A stretch of 64,000 bases of DNA. It comes from Podarcis pityusensis (taxonomy: Eukaryota). Location: the NCBI GenBank assembly GCA_964106645.2, contig OZ067040.1, one strand, 5' to 3'. Positions 8,381 through 23,300 of this stretch are shown here, piece by piece. How positions within the stretch are numbered: position 1 is the first letter of the stretch; every line of letters begins with the position of its first letter. Under the pieces are notes generated by a model. That model was not told the DNA's origin. It made no database searches and worked only from the letters and a program-made list of their open reading frames with translations. The position numbers and the translations under genes were made by a program.

Positions 8381-11300
8381 CTGTGAATTAAAATGACAGT
8401 ATCAGATACAGGACTACACAAGTAGCATTATGCAGCTAGGATCAATGAAAAAAGTTGCCTCCCTCAGTCCTCATCTCTCACCAATCTCCTGAGTCAATTC
8501 ATTCTGTTTTCAAATAAGTGGACTGTAGCCTTTGCAGGCAATCCTAACAATAGTTACTGAAGACTAAAGCAGGAGGTCACTAAGGGAGAGAATATTAGTG
8601 CTGATTTCAGGGCTGTCACCATACACTACTTATAGCTTTTTTACTACTCCATGTGGTCTTTTATAGTATAGTCTCCATGCACAATTTGCTACCTGTGATT
8701 GGAAAGAAACGTAACACAGTAGGAATACTAAATGCCAGTATTGTGGCAGGGAATGTCAAGACAAAGATGCCCGCAGAACTCTGTTCCTTGATTTGGAACC
8801 TGCAAAGTCAGGCTGAGAATAACCTGAGCTGGACCTCCAATGGAAAGGGACTTGTCGCTTTCCTCACCAAGGTGAGAGGCAGAAGAAGCTGGATTTAAAT
8901 ATCAAAAAAACTACTTTGCAGGAAAGGTAGTCAGCAATTAACCATGGAAGTTTGTAAAGATTAGGCAAATTTTCTTGTCAGCAAAATGAATGTTGAAGGC
9001 AAGAACCAGAAATAAGTGCAGATGAAAGTAGATTTTTCCTTACAGTATGAAACCTCAGCTCCCAAATCTATGGTTGGCAGGAAGCTTGACTAGTTTAATA
9101 TAGTTTTTCATATACAGGATGCCTCGGACCTATTTTAAACCCAACCAAGGCGATTTTTCCACCCAGTTAAAAGTAGTACAATTATCTGATGGTTCATTTA
9201 CTCACCCGTGAATTAGGGTTGTCCAACACTACAAAAATGACAAAGATATTTGCATTCTGAACAGATTGAACAGCTGCCGTGACACGTTCTTTGCCTTCGA
9301 GAAAAAGACCTCTTCCATCTGACACTATTAGGAGTAGCTGAGCAGTTTCTATTGAGAAAGGCATGTTTTCAGTTTTAGCAAACAAAACTAGAAAAAGGGT
9401 ACATATTCAGTCTTACTAACATTTTCTATTACTTTAACATACAAGCGGACATGAAAGCCAGCCCCAAGAACAAAGTTTTATGTATAAAAATAGTATAAAA
9501 TATATCCCTGAATGGGATGTGAAAGCTTTGCTTCCCAAAAATGGGACACGAAATTTAAAGTAAGACAATCAATGCTTATGAATGTTCTAAAAGCAACAGG
9601 AAGAAACATCCCCACTGTCCAGTAGTAGTGCCAACAAAGAAGAAACACAAATTAAAATATTAATCTGAGAAGAGCTCACAAAGCTAGCCCAATCATGTCT
9701 TGCCACAACCAAGTCCTACCCAATAACAGGGCTTACTCCCCACATACGTTGGGCTAGGATTTCAGCCTTATTTACTAACAATTGCCGTTTGTGTATTCAG
9801 CATTCTGCCAAGAGAGCCATGCTCCTGATAAATCCAATGAAGAACTATTTCGACTACCATGCCTAACTTGTTTGTATACAAAAAAGGAGGGGGGAACTCA
9901 CCTGGATTAATGTTTTGAGAGAACTGCTGTGCTGCAGCAAACATATTTGTTGAGGATTCTAGGAACTGTAGAAAAGTGAGAGAATATATGTGCATCAGCT
10001 GTGAGCTAACAATTTCTTTTCTAAGACAATTGTTCTACAGAAATGAATGGGAATGCAAGTCGAGAACTGCAGCCTAAGGTTGTGAACTCAAAATAGACTT
10101 AAAATTATACAGCAGCCACATTATTTCCTTCGCTGTTTTGAAGGGGCTGCAGTAAACATAAGACTGCACCACTCTTTTTTGTTACAAGCAATATACCAGG
10201 CTAGTGCAGAGACAAGACCATTTTCTTCTTGTAACATTCTAAGGACAAATTGGACAGGAAAGTAAAAGAACTAACCTAAGAACACCCTTAGCCTGGCACA
10301 ATAGTTATTTAAACACAACATAGGAACTTTTAATGAAAAAAGGCAGCCCCACTCATCCAAGATGAGAGATACCTGAGCTATTTTAGTTTTCTTTTGTTCA
10401 AATTTGCACAGCTGGAGTATTCTCGTTCCCGACTGATCATTGAATTGTTCGTGGAATGGGTGTAGCAGCTGAACAGCCTCTCCAAAACTGAAATAAAATG
10501 AAACATTTTAAAACACTGCACTGAGCAGGAGTAAAAAGATTTCTATGACGACAAGTCCGGCTTTAAAATAGCCTTACCTGCACACAGCAATTTGTCCCAC
10601 TTCTAAGAGTGACAAAGCATTTCCAATCACTGCCAGGGATTCATAAGCAAGCTATAGAAAACAAATAAAAGTTTGAGTCTGTTGTATATCTAAGCTAAGA
10701 ACATAGAATTCACCACAGAACAGTTAACAAACTGCAGAATTCTAACACTGCTTCATGCATTTGTCATGGACCGAAAACGCACTGTGATATGTGATACTAT
10801 CGGAGAAGCAAAGGAATTAGAAAATGGAATGATATACCCCTGCAATGCAATCTGCACTTGCTTGTAACTTTCCCCCTTAGGTGAAAATTTCCCCACTGCT
10901 AAACTCCCTGCTGCAGGGAAAGAAATGCATGCTCATCCATCACAGCCATATGATTACCCCCCTATATCCCTGTCGCTATCCCTGACCTTGTTAAACAAGC
11001 ATCTGGTGTTAAGTAAATCCCATGGTGGCAGACAGAGGGAAGCAAACAGTAGCAGCCATGCTGACAAGAGAGAAGGAACAGCAATGAAGTGGGGAAATGC
11101 CTTCTGTATAGTTAACTGCAAGTTTGATGCGTGAAAGATTAATGCTGAATTCATTCATATAAGACTTTTAAGTTGGCTTCTTCACCATTTCTGTTTTACC
11201 TGCTTAGAGTGGTTGTCTACCATACTGGCAGAGTCATCAAGGGCCAAGCAGATCTGGTACTGCCTTTTGCTGGGCTTGGTCCTCCGTAACCAAATTTTAT

Positions 11301-14300
11301 CTTTTCGGAACTGGCTTGCAACATATGGAATTACTTTGCGCATGTTCAGCCTTTTTCCTGTTCGATAATCACCTCTGGTAGTTAAGAAGAAAAGGCACAA
11401 TATTAACAATAACACTGTTGCTGGGGGAGGAAAAAACAACTTGGGATATCCTTTTCAGAGAAAGTATTTTACATGAACTGGTAGATAATGAATAGCCAAA
11501 AATAAGACAGCTTTTTCGGGCATCAAGATTCATTACTTGCACACCTATGTAACTGTCCTGATATTTAGAGGAGCCAGGCCTATTTGCATATTGCTTCTTA
11601 TTTTGCATAATTTATTTCAGTTTCACATGGGTGGGTCGAATTTCCCCTCTGAGATTTCAGCAGGCAATGCCTACAAAGGCTGGACATGTTTCCTTTCAGG
11701 GAAAAATAAGCTTCTCCAGAATCTTTAATATGGAACTTGCTACTAAACCTGTGTGGAAATCCACTTGTGTTGGGAGGAGAGCAGGAAGGTGATTTTCTGC
11801 CAATAATTCCTCCTCCACCCTCTGCAAAGCTGCTCTAGGAGGTTGAATGACTCCCCAGAGCAGCAGGAGAAGCAGCATGGGCAGCTGCAGGAGAAATTGG
11901 CAAAAATATGCTCCTTCCCTCTTTCCTCCAACACTGGAAACCAGCCGTCCCTGTGAATGAAAAGAGCTCTTTTGTTCATGATACGGTTTGATCCGGAGAA
12001 GTGTCCAGATCAAACCATATCAACGAGGGATGGTGGCCTGCCAGACATGGTTGGACTACAACTCCCATCAGCCTCAGGCAGCATGGCCAATGGTCAGGCA
12101 TAATGGGAGTTGTAGTCCAACGACATTTGAACACTGGCTCCCCATCCCTACTACATACTTTTCTTCATGCATACATGCAAACGACACACATGTACCTCTG
12201 ATGAAGTGGACTTTTGTCCACAAAAAGCTTATACTATAATAAATGTGATACAACAGACGAATATGGCTACACCTCTGGAAATAGTGGCCTGTGTCAAATC
12301 AAAACCTACAGCGCTTTAACTTTCAAGGTACTATGTAAAATGAATGACTTAACAAACACATTTACACCACACATAATGCAACAGGCAGTCTAGAATCACT
12401 TTGATTTCTTGCCATTGACTCCAGCAGGAAGTGAATGATACATCCTATAGTAACAATATGCTAAAGCAGTTCTAGCTGGAAGACGGCTTGGGTGCCAAAT
12501 CGCGATGTATGGGGCTCTGCTTTTATTTTTACAGTGACCCAACTTACTTCAGCTTGGCTGCCTGAGTTGGCTCCAGTATGAGTCTCAGCTGCTCACAGAG
12601 CTGCTGTGAAAGTGGTGCAGTGAGGAGGAGATATCTCTGCCACATCTCTGCTGCTGCCTTTTCCTGCAACATTAAGATAAAAAAACCCATATAATTTTTG
12701 TTAGTAAAGTTAAAAGCCCAGAGAATTAACCCTTTTTATACATAAATCCCTTTCCCAAGTACAAAACCTAAATAATTCAGGATATATCAGTTGCAAATAC
12801 TTTTATAGTGATGCTTTTAAAAATAATTCTTGCTAGAACTTTCGAGTATAGCTTTGTCTTGGCATCCTGTGGTACAAACTGGTCAGCTGCTAAGGGTCTT
12901 TATATGTATAATTGCCGTCCATGTATTGCAGAAGATTATCAGCATCTACAATTCTGCTCCTTGCTCTGTAGTGATTAAGCAGTACCAGAACCCAATATTT
13001 AACATGGCTTTGGAAATAATGTGTTAATATTCCATTTATATTCAATAAATACTTTCCAAAAGAATTATGCAAGTGTATATTGCTTGACTGAACGATTCAC
13101 TAACCTCAGTAGCGTTTCCACTCTGCCAAACTTCCAGTTGCATCTCTAGTTCTCGTCTTAGCTCTTCAGGATCCTTAACAATGCACTTAAAATAACAAAT
13201 TGGAATTTGAATCAAACAATATGGACAGGTATTTTAGAATGACATACTTGCTACATACATGCATACATACATACATAAAAAGGTAAAGGGACCCCTGACC
13301 ATTAGGTCCAGTCGTGACCGACTCTGGGGTTGCGGCGCTCATCTCGCTTTATTGGCCAAGGGAGCTGGCGTACAGCTTCCGGGTCATGTGGCCAGCATGA
13401 CTAAGCCGCTTCTGGCAAACCAGAGCAGCGCACGGAAACACTGTTTACCTTCCCGCTGGAGCGGTACCTATTTATCTGCTTGCACTTTGACGTGCTTTAG
13501 AACTGCTAGGTTGGCAGGAGCAGGGACCGAGCAATGGGAGCTCACCCCATCGCAGGGATTTGAACCGCCGACCTTCTGATCGGCAAGTCCTAGGCTCTGT
13601 GGTTTAACCCACAGCGCCACACGCGTCCCTACATACATACATACCTCCAAAAGCAAACTTTAAAAAAACCCACCACATAACACATCCCTTATTTTTTTAG
13701 GAGAACTTTTAGTGTTCTGGACCACTGGATAGCAACAATTAAGGAGAAATTTTAAATTTACTTTTCTACTCATGGCAAAAAATTATGTGCATGCAGCATA
13801 TTAACCGTACTTATCTCCTCTCTGAACCACATGACCAAGCCCAAATCTGATTTATCTCCTTGTATGCTGGGGGTCTGGAGGAAAACAGAGATCCTCACAT
13901 CCAGCTGCAAATATCTCCATGACTGGTATTTTCTAAATTTCCCCCATCCATCGAGGGAAATCTCCATGCAGATGCAAGTTTCTGCATGAATTTACTGAGG
14001 TGGCTCAGATTGTGCACATGTAAAGCTACCAGAGCTGAATCTCTGCAGAGAGCATGTTGCCCCCAAACTCAAGGATTTCCAGCCCTCCAAATAAGTAATC
14101 CGTGTTGTCAAAGCTGAGAGTGTTGACTCGATTATAGACAGTCCCACCTACAGGCAGCTCACTTACACATGCATTTTGAGGCCACAAGATCTGAGTTTCA
14201 ACTTGTCATTTAATAAAAGCCATCTACTTTGATGTAGGGGGAAACCTGCTTAAGTAATGTAGATCAGATGTATACCTTCCCTTCTCTAGTATCTCACAGT

Positions 14301-17300
14301 CATGTGATCTTCCTATCCCAGTCTCTACAATATGTATATGGAGATCCTTCCTCAGTGGAACCTAAATATTGATTCAGAGCAAGAAACTAATTTGGCGATA
14401 AACTAAAATTACAAAAGCACTGTATCCTGGAGAGATTCACATCAATCAACACATCCTATTTATTTAATAGCACAATTGGTAGTTTACCTGGATGGAGGTA
14501 TCCCTCAAGAACTGATGGGCAGTATGTATGGTAGAGTTTTTGTCTCTGTCCGGCTTTACTTCCGGAGGCGATTTTTCTGTTCCACGCTCTTCGTCTTCTT
14601 CAGAATTGAGGGCTTGGCTGTCCAACTCGACCTCCTCGGGTCCTATCATTGAATAAATGACATGCTTGCTTGACACATTTTCAGGGCCATTAGCAAGCAC
14701 ACTACTAACCTCCGAGTATAGGGCGGTATATAAATTCAATAAATAATAGTAACTCTTTTCAGGTACTGGCCCTTCATTTGGTTACAGTGGTGTGAGGGGA
14801 AGACAAGAGGCTGCGCTTGCTGGCTCTGCCACTCCTGGGAGAGCCTGCCGCAGATGCATAAACTCCCCATGCATGGTAACAGGATTAAAATCATATATGG
14901 CACAAGCAGGCTCCTTGTAGGGGACCTTGGCTCCCCACAACATGTGAGCAGTAGGGGCAGGGTGGGTGAGTCAGAGCCAGGGAGCAAATAGTATGCCCCA
15001 AAGGCACTACAGGACTGTTTTCAATTGAAATGAAGAAATTATTCCCGAAGAATAAAATTCTTTTAAAGATAATGAGCTGGCAATTTACCAGATTTAGCAG
15101 CACTAGGTGCCTTTAATTCTGGATTCAGTTTCTCCGCCTCTACCGTTCTAAGATCCTCATCTTTCTGAGCTTCTGTTTCCATAGCTACATCTTCAGAAAG
15201 TGGTTCTTCATTGTCTTCAGTGACAGGCATGGTTGTTTTCTGTTGTTCTTCACTAGCTACATCTGGTGGAAACATAGCCAAAATCAAACCAAAATCTTGC
15301 AACTCTGTGCTGTTCTCCCATATCACCAAACTAACAGTCATCAATACCTATAAAGTTTTAACTTGACACCCGAAGCACTTGAAAGGGGGGGGGGGGACAA
15401 CAACAATTCAGAGAGTGAGATAAATACTGTAATTTCCGTAGCATTTGAGAATGTTCAAAGTACTTCACCTGCATTATCTTACACTCTTTAAAACCTTTAG
15501 GTAGGGTCAATGTCACCATTCCCATATTGCTAATGGGGAGAAGAGAGTGATGGGGGGGAGAGAATTGTGCCTAAAGCCTCTTAGTGAGGTCATAGCAAAG
15601 GTAAACTTTAAACTGAGGATTTCCCCATTCATAGCTCTGCCTCCTACCCACCTTGCTATGACCTAGCACCTAGGTGAATGAGATGAGATGAATGAAGAAT
15701 TTATGGGAACCACAATCTCCTGCAGTCTAGGCTAGAAAGCTAGAAAATACCTTCGTAGGGATTTGTTTTTAAAGCTTCAACTGATTTAATGTGGAGAAAT
15801 AAAACATGGCTGCCTATTAAGTTTAAAAATGAAGCCACGCAAAGCGAACTATGAGAGAGAAGCAAACACAAGTTCCTTGAAAAATTCCTTATCTAAATCC
15901 TTTCCCCAGCGTTAAGCTATGCAAACCAAATCTAACATGTTTCATTGCTTTTACTTCAATAAAGAATGCGTGCTCATTTTCCTGTAAGCGGAGGTTTAGT
16001 GGTAAAAAGGATTTAAAATTGTCTGTCCCTCTGACATCCCTGTGCGAATGCTGGCATACCATAGGTCTGTGCATCGTAGGCTTCGCTGCCTTGCTTAATG
16101 TGCTCAAAGGCATCAGCTTCTCCCATGTTTCGTTCTGGCTGAACCTGCTCCTGTTCTGCTTCGCTGCTGGATTCAACAGTTTTCAGCCGCTTGTGAACTT
16201 GTTGACTGTGATCCCCCGTTGAGCGCTCATTGTTGGCTTGGCCAGGCTTTCTCTTAAAACTCTGAAAAATGAGCAAGTACAGCAATGAAATTTCAATGAG
16301 GTTCGGAAAAACCAAAGTCAAGACTCAGAAGCTCGGTAACTTATCACACTGCCCACTAGAACAAACCTGCACTATCAAACCAAAATCCTATCTAGGTAAG
16401 CATTTTGTTTTCACAGCAGACAGCCAGGTGCTTGTTCAAAGCCCACAAGCAAAACATGAGTGCATTAGCAGCGTCTGATACTGGGGAAAATATAAACATC
16501 TTTTTTAAAAATGTGAGAAAATTTGCATTTAAATATGAATTTCTAAATGTACTCTCTCCAAAGATGCATTTTAAAACTCAATGCAATTTGAGCTGGGAAC
16601 TGCTTAGGAGCATTTGGGATGTACTACAGCTGCTGAGTAATTTCTGATCCAGGCATTAGTCCAGGAGGTGCAGAAAAGGTCATATAAAAAAGCTAGCTTA
16701 CAATTTCTTTAATCTATGAAAGAATAAAAGACCTGTGTATTTTTCCTGCTCTGTTTCCGACTAGCCAGTCGTGCCATTAACTCAGATTCACGTCCTTCTG
16801 ACTGATCTGCATCAGCAGCTCCAGTTCCATGTTCCTGAAGAAAGATAGACAAACCACCAAAGTTAAGTCTTCTGCTAAAACGTAGAACACACAGTTCCAC
16901 ACTCATCTGAGAATAATGCAGTGTCTTCAAAACACAGAAGCATACCCGACTGCGCTTCTATGAAGAAGCCTGTGTGTAAATTCTGACACTGCAGAAAACC
17001 CCAAGGTTAGTTAGTGAAACACGGTCAATATGCTTCGACCACAGGGTTGGGAAAATCCTTGGGGGCAGCAGCAGGTAACAGAAGGGAGGAGAGGCTATTT
17101 CTGCCCATTTCCTTCTCCCCACCGCACATGCCTTGCAGTTCCCAGCACCCCAAATATTAGTGCTGTAGATTCAGGGGACCTTCCAGGACAGTGTGGGGGT
17201 TGATATAGGGGGTAGTAGCTCTGTTCCTGGGTGAGGAACCACTTGAGGTAGGTGTACTATATGAAGTTTAGTTGAAGGACTCTGGCCTGAGTGGCAGGAA

Positions 17301-20300
17301 GAGTCAATGCACTCTTGGACACCTCTTGCACACCAGAGCCTGGGAAGGTAGCGTGGCAGATGCAAAGGGAAGGGTAAATCAACAAATGCTGCCTCCCTGC
17401 TTGCACTTAGGGTCACAGACTGCTCAGTGTGTATGGCCATCACATATATTGTTCTCCTTTAGTATGAGACTGCCCCAATGGGATCTGCGATTTGTGCACA
17501 CGATTAACAACTGAGGGAATCGAGCAGCAGAAAACAGTGGCTGCTGGCCCTGTGTGTTGTAGTCATATATATGAGCATCTCTTACGTCCATTTAAGCATA
17601 CAGAATTAGCTTCTGGCTTAAGCAGTCCAGCTACTGAGATTTATTGGGGGTGGGGAGAGAGCAGGGAGACAGTCGTGTGCCTCAAAAGCCTTGTATTTAC
17701 CCAGAGAGGAAAAATCAGCAGCAGTAAGACAAGCCTGAAAGTTAAGTGCTTTAGAAGCCCCCCCCCCCAAAGTATGTTCCGCATAATACAAAAGGTACTG
17801 TGGGATTTTCCCTGCTTCACCTCTTTCGCCTGGTCCTTTTCAGAAGCAGTTCCAGCCAGCTCCACAGCCGTGTCGCTCTGCAGGTTCTCCTCTCCTGCCT
17901 GCCCGTAAGTTTCATGTTCCATTCTCTCAATAGCATCAGGCAGCTCCTCGTCCTTGTCAGGGTTATTGATATCCTCCTCTTCCTAAAGCAATTCAGATGA
18001 AGACATCAGTATGAGCATTCGACAGGTGTGATGGGAGGGAGGGCCAGAAATGGTTTTGTACTACAGGAGATCTATTTGCTGTCCAAGAAAACCACAGCGC
18101 TACCACTACCATTTACTGGAATTTTAGCCTTAAAACTGTATACTATCTCTACATACACTAAGGTGCTGAGACTAAGATGTGCTTTTCACATGCCTCCATG
18201 CAGGGGAACTCAAGGAGGCCATTTACTATTTTTTATTAATAAAAGAATAAGCATAACCTGAGGATTGAGGCCTTGGTCATGGATGCCCTTTTCTCCCTCT
18301 TTCTCAGGAGATTCACTCAGGTCTTCTGTTGGCTCCTCTGCTTCTTCCTCCATATTTGCATCAGGATGCCCTGTGCTTTCCTCATCCTTTGTTTCTTCTT
18401 CCTCCATTTTATCTTCTCCTTCACCTTTCTCTTCAGAGGACTCTTTCTCAGCTTGCTCAGGATCCTGGCCATCCTCTCCTGTCTCTTCAGAATCCTTAAT
18501 TTCTTTTTCGTCTACATCCATTGTCTTCTCCTCAATCTCAAAAGGATTTTCTCCTAATGCAACGCAAAAGACACACCTTTCAGAAGGAAGGCAGAATTCA
18601 GTTTTTTCTCTTACCAACTCCTGGGCAGGTAGGAACAGAGAGGAAGATTTACTAAGATTCCTAGATAATCCTTAAAAATGAACAGGTAAGGTACATTTAA
18701 CTTGAAACTTTCCCTTGGTACAAGCATAGATTGTCAATATGTCAACGTACTGCAGTAATGGAAGTGCTACTATTATGTATTTCCAATGCCCAACTCTCTA
18801 TATGGTATCAATCACGCAAACAATGCACTACTTACTTGAAATAGGCGAAACATTTGTTATATACACATATCAACATTTGTGGTACTGAACACCCTAAAAT
18901 ATGAAGAACACATACAAACACAGAGAAAAATGGCAGATATGCCCCATGAAACCAGAATTAGCCCACTGCTCCTTGGTCTATGCCCCTGATGTGCATCTTA
19001 CCACATTGTACAGTGTTTCAGTCCTGCAAATACAGGTGTGAGCTGGACCTAGGGGCCACTAAACAATATCACGAGAATCTCTCTTTCAAACTGTGTGCCC
19101 CTAATTGGAATAGGAGAGGATCAGAAGATGACAGATACTTGAGACTAGAGAGCTACGGAAACCAACACTGATATAAATGGCCCAGGCACCTCAGGAGGTG
19201 GGACAAAACTGGTAAGACTCTTCCTAACTTTCGAGGACAATCAGCCTACTCCAAACCTGTGTGGAAAAGGCAACAGCCTCCCTACTACATGGAACTGGCT
19301 GAATTCCTTCCTCAATGCAAACACAATCAGATGCAGCAATTAATTCACAAACTTCCAATGGTTATAAGCACGAATGATCAAAATTATGACATCAATCCTT
19401 ATTTTCCCCAAACAACAGGGACGACCCTTGTCTGGAATCAGATTAAGGCTCTGTACCTCCACCCAGTCCCCAATTATAGCTAGACACTCAAGAGGCACCA
19501 CAACTACATAATATTTTCTTTTCTTTATATCTGCTGATAAAGGAACACCTTGTGAGCCATACCTCCTTCTTCTTCCTTGTCCTCGTCATCTTTCTCTCCG
19601 TTCTCTAGGTTCAGGTCCTGAGGAAGATCCAATGCCTCAGCTTCAGGCTGTTTCTCTTGATTTCCATGATAAGGGTCTACCTCGTTCTCATCATATTCAC
19701 GCTGTTAAACAGAAAGAAGTGACACATCATACAAGGAATGGAGGCAGGAAGTTGGGGGGGGAGGGCAGGGGGGGGAACCTGTTGAGAGCCACAGTAAAGT
19801 AACTCTTGAAGTTATCTTTAGATGAAGCCCCAACAGAAAGGATGCCAAACTTCATTAAAGAGGCCTAGTTTCCTAGAATAATATTATTTATTTATACCCC
19901 ACCCTCCCCAGCCAAAACCGGGCTCAGAGTGGCTAACATTAAATGTTAACATTAACATAAAATCAGGCAATCAATTAAAATACATCCTAAAATCAGATCA
20001 GGATCAGAATAAAATCCAGTCAGGTGGTAACCCGCAGATTAGGTTTAGGGACCTTAAATACGCACCAGTTAATTAATTAATTAATAATTAATAATAATTT
20101 AGTATTTATACCCCACCCATCTAGCCAGGTTTCCCCAGCCACTCTGAGCGGCTTCCAACAAAAGATTAAAAATACATTAAAACATCAGTCATTAAAAACT
20201 TCCCTAAACAGAGTTCCCTTCTAAATATCAGATAGTAGTTGTTGTTTTTTTACATCTGATGGGAGGGTGTTCTGCAGGGCGGGCACCACTACTCTGCCTG

Positions 20301-23300
20301 GTTCCCTGTAACTTTGCTTCTTGCAGTGAGGGAACCGCCAGAAGACCCTCGGCACTGGACCTCAGTGTCTGGGTTGAACAATGGGGGTGGAGACACTCCT
20401 TCAGGTATACTGGGCTGAGGCCATTTAGGGCTTTAAAAGAATGAAAGCCACAAAGACAATGGGACCACAAACTATTTAAGAAGGAGCAGGTGTTATTCTT
20501 GGAAATAGCAATACATAAAAATCCTTTGGAAACGCATGTTGCTCAAGTTCAGTTAAAATAAATGGTAGTTATATAAACGTAGCTTTCTGCAGCAAACTTG
20601 CTCTCATTACCTCATCTATTTGCTCATGGACTTTCTCTTTGGGTTCACCACCATCTGGTTGATTCTCTTCTTCTTCGTCTTTGGGAGATTTCTTATCATT
20701 TTTGTTGTCAACGTCCGTGTTGTCATCTTTTGCCACAAGTTCTGAATCGCCCTAAATTGTTCAAGGAAAACAGCCATGGAGCCATTTCATTGTACATCCT
20801 GCTACCGTTGGTGTATATACAATTCTGTTGAGTCTGTTACAGTCAAGCCACAGGGAACATTCAACACGTTTTGAGACAAATGGCTACTTTATCAAAACAC
20901 TCTACTTATTACACTAAAGGCGGCGGCACACTAACAGCTTTTTGTGTGTGTAAGCCCAGGGCATTTCCCACAGCAAACGTGCAAAAGGTGGATGATAAAC
21001 ACATGACTGTGTACATTTGCCTGGAAGCTTAATCATAGCAGGGTTCTCAGACAGGTGCACGCAGCTGTTTAAATTACCTGCATAACGTTATGCGTGTATA
21101 ACCTTGTGCGTTTTCTCTAAGTCAGGGATAGTCAATGTGGGGCCCTCCAGATATAGCTGGGCTGCAACTGCCATCATTCCTGACCATTGGCTACATTGGT
21201 TGGGGCTGATGGGAGTTCCGAGTCCAATGACATCTGAAGGGCAACATCCTAGCTACCAGTCTACTTGAGGAAACATGGTTGCACATTTTGGATCCCAAAA
21301 TATATTAGACAACAGTTGTTTTACAGGAATTGTGTATTATGAAGATTGAGTAGGCGTTTAATCTGTTCCTTGTCACTCTATGGATGGATATCCAATTAAA
21401 AACCAACAACCCCTAAGGTCGCTATTTCCTTTCATAGGAAAGCAGATGCCTAAAACTAGGGATGCAACATAAAAGGCTCTGGATTTGGTAGCCCCTGTTG
21501 ATATTTACACCTTGAGGAGTGGACGATTTTGAAGCACTGCCTCCTCAGCCACTCTCTGTGGGTGGCAAGTTCCATATGGAGAGAGGCATCTTCAAAAAAA
21601 GGTAGACAGCAGGCTAGTTTACTCCTTGCTGATTTTATGAAATCCAAGCAAGGCTTCTCAATAATCCCATTCTAAAAAGAGAGTCTCACAAAAAATTGAG
21701 ACACTAATCTCTGTATTGTATTTCATATACTGTACCATGCAATTAAAAAGTTGTACAAAACTTCCTCCTTGGAGCACACTTTTATTTATGTTTTCACCTC
21801 ATCCATTCCTGGTCCCGTTTCTGTTATATTATCATCCTCGTTATCACTCTCATCATCTTCCTCATCATCGTTGTCATCTCCCCAAAGCCTCTCATCCAAT
21901 TTGTCAGCTTCAGCCTCTCCAAGATTTCCCATCTGTTTGTCTAACTCTTCGTCAGATTTGTCGTCTTCTTCTGTATAAGGCAACACAGCTCATTTTGCAT
22001 CATCCTCTTTATAAGGTACTAGAACTCAGTGCATAAGGGACACACGGCCTTTCACAAACTTTCAAGATGAACACCACAAGCATGGTGACATCACAGGTTA
22101 GCAATGCACACGTTCTGCTGGCAGGGACTGGACTAGGGTGACAGCCTAAAACCATTCAGCCACTCTGCATTAAACAGAGGACACCTACATGAGTACAGTA
22201 AGCCTGCAACTTACGTGCATTTAACTTGCTTACATTCAGCTTCATTCACCTGGCAATAATTATTATTTTTAAGTAAAAAGTGGGCGGAAAGGGGGTGGGT
22301 ATCCAGGAAGAGAGACTCTGGCAATCCCACCCGCCATTGAACCCAATGCGTTTTGACTATATGTGATTTTGGGTTTAGATGCAATCCCCAGAATGTAACC
22401 CCTGCGTAAGTTGAGGGCTTACTGTACAAGAAGTGTCTCTCCTGAAATTGTTTCAACACATTTGGCGAAACAAGGGAAAAGTTTATAAGAAATAAGAATT
22501 ATGAACACTTGAACAGAATGTATATTATTGTATATTCTTATTCAGATTTCTCCAAGGGTCTGTCACAGTTTGAAATTAACAGTAATGTCATGAAAAGTTT
22601 TTGGTAAGATTCCCCCATTGCTCGCCCAATTGTTCTATCCCACTTAGAATAACACACTACACACAGATATGATATAGCTGGACTTCTGCTGCATTTAGAA
22701 ATGTTACAATTAAGGGTTTTCCTAATTTAAAAGTTATAGAGGCTTCCCGCTCCAATTATAGTCATTAATCAGGAAGAGCTCCTAACCACGCAAGCCACGT
22801 AAGGATTAATTTAATGAGAGAGCAGCAGCAGCATTACCATTTTCACAAATACTGAACTCTGCCAGATTTTGCCACAGAAGGACATCAAGCTGTTGGAATC
22901 ACACTTAACGTTAATTCTGAGCAAGTACTTCCATTGCATGTCAATGTTTGCACAAAAAGCCTGCAAAGAAAATGTTTAGCGTTCCCCCCTGTATTGGCAT
23001 ATAACAGGACAGACAAGCGAAACCTACAATTGTCAAAGTACAAGCCACATACCTTGGTTTTCTTGCTCCCCGTCATAGGTTTTGCCTTCAAAATCATCTG
23101 ACATTTCAATTGCATTGTCCTCTCCTTCAATACCTGGTTTGGATTCTGGGTCTTCATCCTCCTTTTCTTGACCCTTCTGGTAAGTATCTTCTACCTGGGA
23201 TATTTAACCAAAGATTATTCCAGCTTTTAATGAAGCATTAGTTTCATCCCCACCATTATCTCAGCAACACAGTTTTATTACTGAATAAAATCTAACTGCT

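Noticed and set aside
13550-13629. tRNA genes (also 47970-48046 and 57450-57512)
   Set aside because: tRNA-derived SINE heads attached to SINE bodies; no complete cloverleaf.
17492-22036. Ser/Leu/Phe-rich plus-strand ORFs (e.g. 18265-18675, 21751-21978)
   Set aside because: Antisense shadows of MDN1 D/E-rich exons.
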